DNA of 64,000 nt from Flavobacteriales bacterium (lineage in GTDB: Bacteria; Bacteroidota; Bacteroidia; Flavobacteriales; BACL11), in contig JACNLP010000042.1 in NCBI GenBank assembly GCA_014381465.1, positions 64,220 to 128,219 of the forward strand. Reading direction: 5' to 3'. A program made the position numbers and the translations under genes. Numbering within the stretch: position 1 is the stretch's first letter; every line of letters starts with the position of its first letter. The notes beneath the pieces are model-generated. The model was given only the letters and a program-made list of their open reading frames with translations, was not told the origin of the DNA and did not search any database. Positions 18,043 to 27,941 of the stretch are shown here, piece by piece.

Positions 18043-20151
18043 ATGAAAAAGGTTTTTTCTTCAATTCGTGACAATCACGACTCCATTTTTAAAGCACTAT
18101 TATTTTTTATTACGCTTTTTATTATTGTTTACTTTTTCCCTAGACAAGTAAATTTTAAATACGAATACTCAAAAGGAAAACCTTGGTTACAAGAAACAAT
18201 AATAACTCCTTTTGATTTTTCAATTTTAAAATCTCAGGAGCATTTAAAAAAAGAAATAGAGGAAGTAAAAAAAGAAAATCTACCCATTTTTGTTTTTAAT
18301 GAAGATGTTTTTGAAAAAAAAGGAGTAGAATTTATTGAAAATTTTGAGCAGAAATGGTCGGAAGACAAAAAAATAAAGAAAGATAAAGGATTTACTTTTT
18401 TTAATCTTTTTAAGAAAAAAGAAGAGAAACATTTAACTGCTAAATATACTTTAGCTAATTATGGATTAAGTGTTTTAGATTATCTCTATACAAATGGAAT
18501 AGTACAATTATCTGATGATTTGCAATGGAAAGAGGAGGATTTTCAGTTGCTAGTACAAAAGAAAAATATTGCAGAAAAAAGGACATTAGATAAACTTTTT
18601 ACCATTAATTCTGCTGTGGATTATATTAATTCAATAGGAAAATTATCATCCCAAAAATCGGATTTTATTGTTCCACTTCTTTTGGATGCGATAAATCATA
18701 ATGTGTTTTATGATAAACTAGCAACAGAAAAGATGTTAGCTTACGAATTAGAAAATATTGTAATTTCAAGAGGGATGCTGCAAAAAGGACAAATTGTAAT
18801 TCAAAAAGGAGAATTGATAAATGAAGATAAATTTCAAATATTATCTTCATATCAGAAGGAATTTGAAAATCAGCATTGGAGTAATGCCTCTGTGAATTTT
18901 GTATTGCTTGGGCAAGTACTTTTAGTTTTTGTTGCTTTTTTAATATTTTTCCTTTTTTTAAAACAATACAGGCCTGAGGTGTTGCAGGATAGCACAAAAG
19001 TAACGCTCATTTTATTTTTAATTATTGCTATGATTGTACTTACTTCATTTGTTGTAAAATGGAATGCAAAGTTCTTATATATTATTCCATTTTGTTTTTT
19101 ACCTATTGTTTTAAAAGCATTTTTTGATACGCGTCTAGCACTCTTTACTCACCTTATTACTATTCTGATAATTGGCTTTATTGTGCCTAATGGTTTTGAG
19201 TTTGTGTATCTGCAACTTATTGCAGGAATTGTATCAATCCTAACTGTTTTGCAGATGTACAAACGAGCTCATTTATTTGTGTCAGTCATAAAAATTGTAG
19301 GTATATATTGGCTTACATATTTTGCTTTGGAGATAACTCATGAGGGAAGTATCCTTCATATAAATTGGGTTAACTTTTTATATTTTGCTGGAAGTGGAGT
19401 GCTTACACTTTTTACTTATCCGCTTATTTTTGCTTTTGAAAAAGTATTTTCTTTAGTTTCTGATGTTTCTCTTTTGGAGCTTTCGGATACCAATAGTCCA
19501 CTTTTAAGAAAATTGGCGAATCAGGCGCCTGGTACTTTTCAGCATAGCTTACAAGTAGCTAATTTAGCAGAAGAAGGGATAATTCAGATTGAAGGAAATG
19601 CTTTACTTACAAGGGCAGGGGCACTTTATCATGATATTGGAAAGCTAAAAAGTCCTATGTATTTTATTGAAAATCAAAGCTCAGGACTAAATCCTCATGA
19701 TGAACTTGAGTTTGATGAAAGCACTGATATTATTATTAATCATGTAAGAAACGGGATAGAAATTGCAAATGAATATAATCTACCTGAAGAACTGATTGAT
19801 TTTATACGTACTCACCATGGAACTACTACTGTTCATTATTTTTACAAGCAATTTATTTCCAATTTCCCTGAGGAAGAGGTGGATATTAAAGATTTTACAT
19901 ATCCTGGTCCAAAGCCATTTTCAAAAGAAACTGCTGTACTAATGATGGCAGATTCAGTGGAGGCAGCAGCAAGAAGTTTAAAGAAACCTAATGCAGATAA
20001 TATCAATGATTTGGTGGAAAATATAATAGGCAAACAAATTGATAGTGGGCAATTTGTAAATGCCGATATTACCCTAAAAGAAATTACCCATATAAAGAAA
20101 CTCTACAAAAAGAAATTAGTAAATATCCATCATGCTAGAGTAGAGTATTGA
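18043..20151 (+). CDS. 7TM-receptor/HD-domain phosphohydrolase (HDIG; PgpH-like)
   Basis: 702 aa. Extracellular N-domain, about 7 TM helices, and a C-terminal HD domain (FQHSLQVANLAE...GALYHDIGK...HHG). Confidence 0.75.
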   Translation: MKKVFSSIRDNHDSIFKALLFFITLFIIVYFFPRQVNFKYEYSKGKPWLQETIITPFDFSILKSQEHLKKEIEEVKKENLPIFVFNEDVFEKKGVEFIENFEQKWSEDKKIKKDKGFTFFNLFKKKEEKHLTAKYTLANYGLSVLDYLYTNGIVQLSDDLQWKEEDFQLLVQKKNIAEKRTLDKLFTINSAVDYINSIGKLSSQKSDFIVPLLLDAINHNVFYDKLATEKMLAYELENIVISRGMLQKGQIVIQKGELINEDKFQILSSYQKEFENQHWSNASVNFVLLGQVLLVFVAFLIFFLFLKQYRPEVLQDSTKVTLILFLIIAMIVLTSFVVKWNAKFLYIIPFCFLPIVLKAFFDTRLALFTHLITILIIGFIVPNGFEFVYLQLIAGIVSILTVLQMYKRAHLFVSVIKIVGIYWLTYFALEITHEGSILHINWVNFLYFAGSGVLTLFTYPLIFAFEKVFSLVSDVSLLELSDTNSPLLRKLANQAPGTFQHSLQVANLAEEGIIQIEGNALLTRAGALYHDIGKLKSPMYFIENQSSGLNPHDELEFDESTDIIINHVRNGIEIANEYNLPEELIDFIRTHHGTTTVHYFYKQFISNFPEEEVDIKDFTYPGPKPFSKETAVLMMADSVEAAARSLKKPNADNINDLVENIIGKQIDSGQFVNADITLKEITHIKKLYKKKLVNIHHARVEY

Positions 20152-20229
20152 TTTAATTACTAAATTGTTTGTTGAGTTGAACAAATCAATGTTATTACTC
20201 ATATTTAATATATGTTAAAGAAGCCCAAC

Positions 20230-21279
20230 CTACATTAAACTACTTTCAATTGCTTTATGATCTGAAAGTTTTTGCTTGTGAGTTGTAAAGGTATTTGTTT
20301 TAAAATCAGGACTATGCAAGATATAGTCAATTCGTAAAAAAGGAATTTTACTAAAAAAAGTGCTACCAAAACCATTTCCCTTATTTAAAAACGAATCTTG
20401 TAATCCTTTCGAGATTTTATGGTACGCAAAGGAGTTTGGCGTATCATTAAAATCACCGCAAACAATAATTTTGTAGGGGGATTTTTCTATATGTTGTTTT
20501 ATCACTTCTACTTGCATGGCTCGTTTCTGGAAAGATTTTTTTAATCTTTTAGCGATTCCAATCACTCCATTTTTTATCGCTTCTTTGCTCATTTCAGGAT
20601 TTTCCATAAAAGCCAAATCACTTTTATCGAACCAATTGGAAGCCAGATGAATATTGTAAACCCTAAAGGTATCTTTTTTAAAAATCATATCCGAAAAAAT
20701 ACAAGTGTTGTTCATTCTCTCTCCTTTTATACTAACTGTTCCTTTATTTATTTGCGGAAACTTGCTGTAAATTGCCATGTGCCACTGGCTTTTTTTATTT
20801 TGCAATCCGATATGCTGAAAAGGATAATCCAATTTTGGCAACTTTTTTGGAGCATAAAACTCCTGAATACAAAGAATATCCGTATTTCTTTTTCTAAATA
20901 AATCAAAAATCTCATTTTTAACTCCATCTTTTTTTATCCAATTGTAGGCATTAAAAAGTCGTACATTATAACTCATTATGCTAAATGTATTTTTATTTTC
21001 ATTTACTGCTTCTGGACTTCCTATTAATGTGCCAATAGAATTCATGCCGATTAAAAGCACTATTAGGTTAGCCCAAAATGGTTTTTTCATTACAATAAGC
21101 CAAAAGGTAAGGAAAAGGATATTTAAAATAAAAAAAACAGGAAACAAAAGACCAAAAAAAGCAATTGGCCAAAAAATACTTGGGCTAACAAAAGGAGCTA
21201 AATAGGAGAGGAGTTGCCCTATTAAAAATAAGGAGTTTATCAGAAAAAGAATCTTATTTATAATAGATAATTTCTTCAA
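20230..21279 (-). CDS. Membrane-anchored endonuclease/exonuclease/phosphatase (EEP) family protein
   Basis: 349 aa. Three N-terminal TM helices, then EEP motifs (SYNVRLFN, CIQEF, GDFNDTPNS, SDHKAI). Confidence 0.7.
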   Translation of the reverse strand: MKKLSIINKILFLINSLFLIGQLLSYLAPFVSPSIFWPIAFFGLLFPVFFILNILFLTFWLIVMKKPFWANLIVLLIGMNSIGTLIGSPEAVNENKNTFSIMSYNVRLFNAYNWIKKDGVKNEIFDLFRKRNTDILCIQEFYAPKKLPKLDYPFQHIGLQNKKSQWHMAIYSKFPQINKGTVSIKGERMNNTCIFSDMIFKKDTFRVYNIHLASNWFDKSDLAFMENPEMSKEAIKNGVIGIAKRLKKSFQKRAMQVEVIKQHIEKSPYKIIVCGDFNDTPNSFAYHKISKGLQDSFLNKGNGFGSTFFSKIPFLRIDYILHSPDFKTNTFTTHKQKLSDHKAIESSLM

Positions 21280-21282
21280 GCT

Positions 21283-22161
21283 TTACTTTTTACTTTCTTT
21301 AAATAAAATATCTTTCTCTTGTTTTGTTAGTCCTTCATAGCCAGATTTAGCAATCTTATCTAAAATCTTATCAATTTTAGCTTGGTTTAGTACTTTTTGA
21401 TTCCTAAAGTCTTGATCTGATTTTCTTCTACTATATGTCTTTCTTAGTTTTGGTTTTCTTGTAAAATAGACAGCCAAATAATCCATTATTTTATTAAAGC
21501 CACTTGCAATATCATTTCCTCCATTTAGTTGCTTTACATACAAATATCCAAAAAATGCACCTCCCAAATGTGCTATATGTCCGCCCGCATTTCCCTTTGG
21601 AATACTTAAAATATCTAAAATAATACTTAAAATAGCGATATGTTTTAATTTTACATTTCCAATAAGAAACAACCTAATAGAATAATTGGGCGATTTGGTA
21701 GCAATAGCCATAATAATAGCCAGCACTGAGGCAGAAGCCCCCATTGCTATAGCATTTGGCAAAGCAGTAGCAAAAACAGGAAAAAGATTAAAGGAAATGA
21801 TAAAAAGAACAGCACCAGATATTCCGCCAAGTACATAAGTGCTTATTAGTTTTTTGTTATCGAAAAAGGAGAGGAAAATTTGACCTCCAAAATAGAGCCA
21901 AAGCATATTAAAAAGTAAATGAATAAAGTTTTTATGCAAAAACATATAACTTATTATGCTCCATGGTTTTGTTATAAAACTTGGGATATTTGCTGGCAGA
22001 GTAAAGTAGTTTAAAAACTCCCATGAATTTACCATAAAAAGAAATGATAAGACACTTAAAACACTAGTAATCAGGAAAGCACCTACATTTATGTAGATGA
22101 GTTTGGTAAGCGAATCTCCTCCCTTAAAGTTCTTTTTTATATCCTCCAATATAGTACTCAT
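21283..22161 (-). CDS. Rhomboid-family intramembrane serine protease with C-terminal soluble extension
   Basis: Has HLLFNMLWLYFGG, GASASV (Ser motif) and HIAHLGGAFFG (His motif). Confidence 0.8.
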   Translation of the reverse strand: MSTILEDIKKNFKGGDSLTKLIYINVGAFLITSVLSVLSFLFMVNSWEFLNYFTLPANIPSFITKPWSIISYMFLHKNFIHLLFNMLWLYFGGQIFLSFFDNKKLISTYVLGGISGAVLFIISFNLFPVFATALPNAIAMGASASVLAIIMAIATKSPNYSIRLFLIGNVKLKHIAILSIILDILSIPKGNAGGHIAHLGGAFFGYLYVKQLNGGNDIASGFNKIMDYLAVYFTRKPKLRKTYSRRKSDQDFRNQKVLNQAKIDKILDKIAKSGYEGLTKQEKDILFKESKK

Positions 22162-22878
22162 TTAGTAAAAAGTATTTGAGCTTTTACGCCAATATTTTAT
22201 CAAAAGAAAACCAAAAATCATACCTCCCAAATGAGCAAAATGTGCTACATTATCAGCTGGATTATTACTAATTCCAGCATACAATTCTAATAAACCATAA
22301 ATAATTACAAAATACTTTGCCTTGATGGGGAAAGCAAAATAGATATATAAAAGTGCATTGGGGAAAAGCATTCCAAAAGCCAATAACACGCCAAATACTG
22401 CACCAGAAGCACCAACAGTTGGGGTGTGAATTAATTGAGTTAATTTTAAAGAATTTGGATTAGATCGATTATAAAGCCCTTCTTTAGCTAATTCTAAAAT
22501 TTCAGGGATCCCATTGGCGAGTTCAAATATTTGATATTGACTTACTCCTAAATGAATGGCTGCAGCTCCTAATCCTGTAATCATGTAATAAATGAGAAAC
22601 TTCTTAGCTCCCCATACATTTTCTAGCACTTTACCAAACATCCAAAGAGCAAACATATTAAAGAAAAGATGGGTAAAATTACCATGCATAAAAAGATGAG
22701 TAACTAATTGGTGTGGCATAAAATCAGCTGACTGGAATTGGTGAAGTCCGAAAAATCGGTACATATCAAATCCCATACGACCTAAGGTGATGGTTGCTAA
22801 AAAGAATAAGCCATTAATGATTAGTAAATTCTTAACTACTTCTGGTAAATGCCTAAAACTGCTTGGTCTGTAATTCAT
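22162..22878 (-). CDS. Rhomboid-family intramembrane serine protease
   Basis: Has HLFFNMFALWMFG, GASGAVFG and HFAHLGGMIFG. Confidence 0.85.
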   Translation of the reverse strand: MNYRPSSFRHLPEVVKNLLIINGLFFLATITLGRMGFDMYRFFGLHQFQSADFMPHQLVTHLFMHGNFTHLFFNMFALWMFGKVLENVWGAKKFLIYYMITGLGAAAIHLGVSQYQIFELANGIPEILELAKEGLYNRSNPNSLKLTQLIHTPTVGASGAVFGVLLAFGMLFPNALLYIYFAFPIKAKYFVIIYGLLELYAGISNNPADNVAHFAHLGGMIFGFLLIKYWRKSSNTFY

Positions 22879-22887
22879 TTAAGGTGT

Positions 22888-24648
22888 TTAAAATTGTTCT
22901 GAAATATCGCTTAAAGCAAGGTTAATAATTATTGGGTTTCCATTAGGACATATATTTGTTATATTACAAACAAACAGGTTATTTACAAGTAAATTTATTT
23001 CTTCTTCCTTTAATTGTTTTCCTTTTTTTATTGCTAAGCTTTTTGCCAACCCTTTTGCAATTTTCTCTTTTGTTGAAACTGTTAAATTTTCATTATTCTT
23101 TTCTTGCTCCAAAATTTCATCAAAAATTATCTCCAAATTTTCTTTAGTACATTCAGTGGGTATTCCGTTTATTTCAACCTTGTTTTCTTCTTTTAACTCA
23201 AATCTAAAGCCTAAATTGTATAAAATTTCCTGCATTTGTTTTATCAATGTAAAATCAGTATTGGAGAAAGTAAGGCTATAAGGAAAAGCCAATTGTTGCG
23301 ACTGAGCCTTTCCTTTTTCTAATAAATTCTTATAATATTCAAAAAGCACCCTTTCATGTGCCCTTTGCTGATGAATAATGACAATACCATTTTCTTGCTC
23401 AAAAAGGATAAACTGATTAGCTATTTGAATCATTTTTTTATTTTCCAACTGAGTTTCCCATTTTACTTCCAACTTTTGCTGACTTGCAATTTCCGTTTCC
23501 CTAATCACATCTCCCCATAAAAAGATTTCGGTAGGATTTTCTTCTTCAAAAGGATTGTAATTAGGATTAACTTTTATAGTTGGTTGTTTATAAGCAGTTC
23601 CTTTTTCTTTTTTAGGGGTATTAAATGTTATTTCCTGATTAAAATCTATAGTTGGAGCTACATTATACTTTCCTAAGGAATGCTTTACTGCTGAACGAAT
23701 TATAGCGTAAATGGATCTTTCATCCTCAAACTTTATTTCCGTTTTTGTAGGATGAATATTAATATCAATCAATTTTGGATCAATATCTAAATACAAAAAA
23801 TAAGAAGGAAAATAATTATCGGGAATTAAGCCTTCATAAGCTTTTTTAACGGCATGATGCAGATAAGCACTTTTGATAAATCGATTATTTACAAAAAAGT
23901 ATTGTTCTCCACGCGTTCGTTTGCAAAATTCAGGCTTTCCTATAAAGCCGCTTAAATCTACCAAAGTTGTTTCTTCCTTAATCGGTACTAATTTCTGATT
24001 ATTTTTTGCTCCAGTAATATTTACAATTCTTTGTCTTTTATTTGATTTTTCTAAATGAAAATGTTCTATATCATCTAAATACAAACTCATATTAATTTCT
24101 GGATTTGCTAAAGCAACTCGGCTAAATTGCTCGATTATATGTTTTGTTTCTACTTTTTCTGATTTTAAGAAATTTCTACGAGCTGGCACATTGTAAAAAA
24201 GATTTTTAATGGAGATACTCGTTCCATTAGCACAGGAGCAATCCTCTTGTTTTTTTAGCTCACTTCCCTCAATTATAATATGTGTTCCTAATTCCTTATC
24301 TATTAGTTTGCTTTTTAACTCAACATGGGAAATTGCCGCCATTGATGCCATAGCTTCTCCTCTAAATCCCATAGTTTTTAGAGCAAACAAATCATCTGCT
24401 TTATTTATTTTTGAAGTTGCATGCCTCTCAAAACTCATACGAGCATCTGTTTGGCTCATTCCACAACCATTATCTACTACTTGTAAAAGGGTTTTTCCAG
24501 CATCTTTTATATAAAGCTTGATATTTGTTGCTCCAGAATCAAGTGCATTTTCCAACATTTCTTTTACAGCAGAAGCTGGGCGAGAGATAACCTCACCAGC
24601 GGCAATTTGGTTTGCTACATGTTCTGGAAGTAGTTGAATAATATCCAA
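22888..24648 (-). CDS. mutL: DNA mismatch repair protein MutL
   Basis: 586 aa. N-terminal GHKL ATPase (IAAGEVISRPASAVKEMLENALDSGATNI, DNGCGM) plus a C-terminal dimerisation domain. Confidence 0.95.
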   Translation of the reverse strand: MDIIQLLPEHVANQIAAGEVISRPASAVKEMLENALDSGATNIKLYIKDAGKTLLQVVDNGCGMSQTDARMSFERHATSKINKADDLFALKTMGFRGEAMASMAAISHVELKSKLIDKELGTHIIIEGSELKKQEDCSCANGTSISIKNLFYNVPARRNFLKSEKVETKHIIEQFSRVALANPEINMSLYLDDIEHFHLEKSNKRQRIVNITGAKNNQKLVPIKEETTLVDLSGFIGKPEFCKRTRGEQYFFVNNRFIKSAYLHHAVKKAYEGLIPDNYFPSYFLYLDIDPKLIDINIHPTKTEIKFEDERSIYAIIRSAVKHSLGKYNVAPTIDFNQEITFNTPKKEKGTAYKQPTIKVNPNYNPFEEENPTEIFLWGDVIRETEIASQQKLEVKWETQLENKKMIQIANQFILFEQENGIVIIHQQRAHERVLFEYYKNLLEKGKAQSQQLAFPYSLTFSNTDFTLIKQMQEILYNLGFRFELKEENKVEINGIPTECTKENLEIIFDEILEQEKNNENLTVSTKEKIAKGLAKSLAIKKGKQLKEEEINLLVNNLFVCNITNICPNGNPIIINLALSDISEQF

Positions 24649-24658
24649 TTTTCTTTTT

Positions 24659-24901
24659 TTAAAAAGTCAGTATTAAATAGGTCAACAAAAATAATCCAAT
24701 AATGATAATAACTAACCTTTTTGTTCTGTTTCCTTTTGCAATTTGCTTGTTATTTCTTTTAAAAAATAGCCCCTTTGTTCTTTTTCCTGTTTTTTTTAAT
24801 TGTTCCAATTCCTCTTTTCTTTTGTCATAATACCTTGGTTTATAGTCAAATATTTTTGATTTAGGTGTTTTTAAAAAAGATGGTATTCTAGGTGCTATCA
24901 T
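24659..24901 (-). CDS. Small basic protein with C-terminal TM anchor (conserved upstream partner of mutL in flavobacteria)
   Basis: 80 aa, Lys/Arg-rich, ending in LVIIIIGLFLLTYLILTF. A TAATTTTG box sits 4 nt upstream of its ATG. Confidence 0.4.
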   Translation of the reverse strand: MIAPRIPSFLKTPKSKIFDYKPRYYDKRKEELEQLKKTGKRTKGLFFKRNNKQIAKGNRTKRLVIIIIGLFLLTYLILTF

Positions 24902-24905
24902 TTTG

Positions 24906-24913
24906 CAAAATTA
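24906..24913 (-). promoter_or_regulatory. Candidate -7 box TAATTTTG, leaderless geometry
   Basis: The minus strand reads TAATTTTG-CAAA-ATG, leaving only 4 nt between the box and the start codon at 24901. Confidence 0.4.
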
Positions 24914-25016
24914 AAGAAATATTCATCTTATCAAATAGAAAAAATATTTAATATTGCTGATAATTGACAAATTATATCGTTAGTTAAAAAACATAAATAT
25001 TTATTTTTACCAAAAT

Positions 25017-27941
25017 ATGACAAAACGAGATATTTTAATAGTTTTTTTAGTTATTTTTTTTACAAAATGTGTTTTTTCGCAAGGGTTATGGAAGCCAGTA
25101 TTTCATACAAATGATAATTATTGGGTTGATAGCGTTTTAGCTAATTTATCAGAAGATGAACGCATTGCACAACTTTTTATGGTTGCCACTTATTCCAATA
25201 AAGAAGCTTCTGAAAAAGAGAAAATTTCTGCACTAATAAAAGAGTATAAAATTGGCGGATTGATGTTTTTGCAGGGCAGCCCTACAAAGCAAATAAATCT
25301 TACAAATTATTTCCAATCTATTTCCAAAACTCCACTGATGATTGCCTTAGATGCCGAATGGGGAGTTGCCATGCGACTAGATTCTGTAATGCGATTTCCA
25401 TGGCAGATGACTTTGGGTGCAGTACAAAATGAAGATTTGATTTATAAAATGGGGGTTGAGATTGCAAATCAGTGCAAATTATTGGGTGTGAATATCAATT
25501 TTGCACCAGTTGCGGACATTAACAGTAATCCAAAAAATCCAATTATAGGAAATCGTTCCTTTGGAGAATCAATTCAGAAAGTATCCAGTTTTTCTGCTGC
25601 TTATATGAAGGGAATGCAAGATAATGGTGTTTTGGCTTGTGCTAAGCATTTTCCAGGACATGGCGATACGGATTCTGATTCGCACAAAACTCTTCCTGTT
25701 ATTCGTCATAGTAAATATCATTTAAACAAAATAGAAATAGTGCCATTTAGGCGATTGATTACAAAAGGATTGGGAAGTGTGATGGTAGCTCATTTAAGAA
25801 TTCCAGCCATTGATGTTACCAAAAATTTAGCTTCTTCATTATCTAAAAAAGTAGTAACTAATCTCTTGAAGAAAGAACTTGGTTTCCAAGGGTTAATTTT
25901 TACAGATGCATTAAACATGAAAGGCGTAAGTAAATATTTTGAGGCAGGAGAACTAGATGTGAAAGCACTTCTAGCTGGAAATGACATTTTACTTATGTCA
26001 GAAGATGTGCCGGTAGCAATAGAGAAAATAAAAGAAGCAATTTTAGATGGGAAAATTACGCAAGAGGATATTGATAATAGATGCAGGAAAATATTGATGG
26101 CAAAAAAATGGATGGGGTTAGATGATTTTCAGCAAATAAAGAAGCATAATATAACGGCAAGAATTAATAATTCTGATGCAGAATTAATAAATAGAAATTT
26201 GGTAGAAAATTCGCTCACGCTTTTGCAGAACTATGAAAATATTATTCCACTTGAACGCTTAGATACCCTAAAAATAGCATCTATTACAATAGGAGAAAAA
26301 GGAAGTTATTTTACTCAGATGCTTTCGAATTATTCTCCAATTACCCACTTTACAATTAAGGAAAATCCAACTGCAAAAATGCAGAAAGAATTATTAGACA
26401 AATTAATAGGGTACAACCTAGTAATTATAGGGATTCACAAATCAAATGAAAGCCCTTGGAAAAAACATAAAATTGAAAGAAATACCGATTTATTTTTACA
26501 AACTTTAGCGATACAATCAAAAATAGTAGTTACTTTATTTGCAAACCCTTACACCATAAACGATTTTTTGTTTACTAATAATTTTGATGGATTGATAATG
26601 GCATATCAAAATAGCAAAATTGCACAAGAGTTTGCAGCTCAATCTATTTTTGGGGGTATAGGTTTGAGTGGAAAATTGCCAATTTCTACTCAGCATTATA
26701 AAATAAATTTTGGGGTAAAAACAAATGCTTTTCGCTTAAAATACACTATTCCAAAAGAGGTAGGGATTAGAGAAGATCTTCTATATAAAATTGATAGTTT
26801 AGCAGAAAATGCAATTAAACAAAAGGCAACTCCCGGCTGTCAGATTCTTATTGCAAAAGAGGGGAAAGTATTTTTTCAAAAATCTTACGGACATCATACT
26901 TACGCCAATAAAATTAAAGTAAAAAATTCAGATTTATATGATTTAGCCTCTATTACTAAGATTGCAGCAACTATGCCTATGCTTATGAAAATGCAAGAAG
27001 ATGGAGGTTTTGGTTTGGGTTACAAATTAGGTAAACTTAATCAATATCTTTATCATACAAATAAAGGACATTTAAGGGTAAGAGATGTGTTGGCTCATCA
27101 AGCTGGTTTGCAAGCTTGGATACCTTTTTATAAGCAAACTATTGATAAGGATAATATATTAAGAGACACTCTTTATAGTATTAAATATTCTGAAAAATAT
27201 TCAATAAAAGTAGCTGAAGATTTGTATTTGCACCATTCTTATTCTGATAGTATTTTGTTGCAAATTAGTGAGAGTGAATTATTAGAAAATAAAGAATATC
27301 AGTATTCGGATTTGGGGTATTATTTATTTAAAGATATTATAGAAAAAAAACATAACAAAGCATTAAATCTTTTGGTAGAAGATGAGTTTTATAAGCCATT
27401 GGGCTTAGCTACAATGGGCTATTTGCCAAAGTTAAAATTTAATAAAAACAGAATAATACCAACTGAGAATGATGATTACTTTAGAGATCAACTCCTGATT
27501 GGAGATGTACATGATATGGGAGCAGCAATGCTTGGAGGTGTTGGTGGGCATGCAGGGCTTTTTTCTAATGCCAATGATTTAGCAATTTTAATGCAAATGT
27601 ATTTGCAAAATGGAAGTTATGCTGATAGACAATATCTTTATCAATCCACTATAAAAGAATACACAAAATGTCAGTTTTGCAGAGATGAAAATAGAAGAGG
27701 AGCTGGTTTTGATAAGCCTGCATTACAAAGCCAAGATGGTGGACCAACTTGCAGATGTGTTTCTTATTTAAGTTTTGGGCATTCTGGTTTTACCGGAACA
27801 TTAGCTTGGGCAGATCCTGAAACTAAAATAGTTTATGTATTTTTATCCAATAGAATTCATCCGACAGCCGATAATAAAAAACTACTGGATATGGATGTTA
27901 GAACTAATATTATGCAAGTAATTTTTGATGCAAACCAATAA
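25017..27941 (+). CDS. Fusion protein: glycoside hydrolase family 3 (NagZ-like beta-N-acetylhexosaminidase) + class-C-type serine beta-lactamase/transpeptidase-fold hydrolase
   Basis: 974 aa with a signal peptide. GH3 motifs are NFAPVADIN and KHFPGHGDTDSDSHK. The C-terminal half has LASITKIAAT (SxxK) and HSGFTGT. Confidence 0.8.
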   Translation: MTKRDILIVFLVIFFTKCVFSQGLWKPVFHTNDNYWVDSVLANLSEDERIAQLFMVATYSNKEASEKEKISALIKEYKIGGLMFLQGSPTKQINLTNYFQSISKTPLMIALDAEWGVAMRLDSVMRFPWQMTLGAVQNEDLIYKMGVEIANQCKLLGVNINFAPVADINSNPKNPIIGNRSFGESIQKVSSFSAAYMKGMQDNGVLACAKHFPGHGDTDSDSHKTLPVIRHSKYHLNKIEIVPFRRLITKGLGSVMVAHLRIPAIDVTKNLASSLSKKVVTNLLKKELGFQGLIFTDALNMKGVSKYFEAGELDVKALLAGNDILLMSEDVPVAIEKIKEAILDGKITQEDIDNRCRKILMAKKWMGLDDFQQIKKHNITARINNSDAELINRNLVENSLTLLQNYENIIPLERLDTLKIASITIGEKGSYFTQMLSNYSPITHFTIKENPTAKMQKELLDKLIGYNLVIIGIHKSNESPWKKHKIERNTDLFLQTLAIQSKIVVTLFANPYTINDFLFTNNFDGLIMAYQNSKIAQEFAAQSIFGGIGLSGKLPISTQHYKINFGVKTNAFRLKYTIPKEVGIREDLLYKIDSLAENAIKQKATPGCQILIAKEGKVFFQKSYGHHTYANKIKVKNSDLYDLASITKIAATMPMLMKMQEDGGFGLGYKLGKLNQYLYHTNKGHLRVRDVLAHQAGLQAWIPFYKQTIDKDNILRDTLYSIKYSEKYSIKVAEDLYLHHSYSDSILLQISESELLENKEYQYSDLGYYLFKDIIEKKHNKALNLLVEDEFYKPLGLATMGYLPKLKFNKNRIIPTENDDYFRDQLLIGDVHDMGAAMLGGVGGHAGLFSNANDLAILMQMYLQNGSYADRQYLYQSTIKEYTKCQFCRDENRRGAGFDKPALQSQDGGPTCRCVSYLSFGHSGFTGTLAWADPETKIVYVFLSNRIHPTADNKKLLDMDVRTNIMQVIFDANQ

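Noticed and set aside
20165-20186. Weak hairpin TTTGTT-GAGTTG-AACAAA between the convergent genes 18043-20151 and 20230-21279, considered as a bidirectional terminator.
   Set aside because: The stem is only 6 bp and AT-rich, with no adjacent T-run on either strand. It is not distinguishable from chance in this composition.
21283-22878. Tandem rhomboid genes as a possible recent duplication or pseudogene pair.
   Set aside because: Both retain the catalytic Ser (GASG, GASA) and His (HLGG) motifs and are highly diverged from each other. The mutL-rhomboid-rhomboid-EEP order is a standard flavobacterial arrangement.
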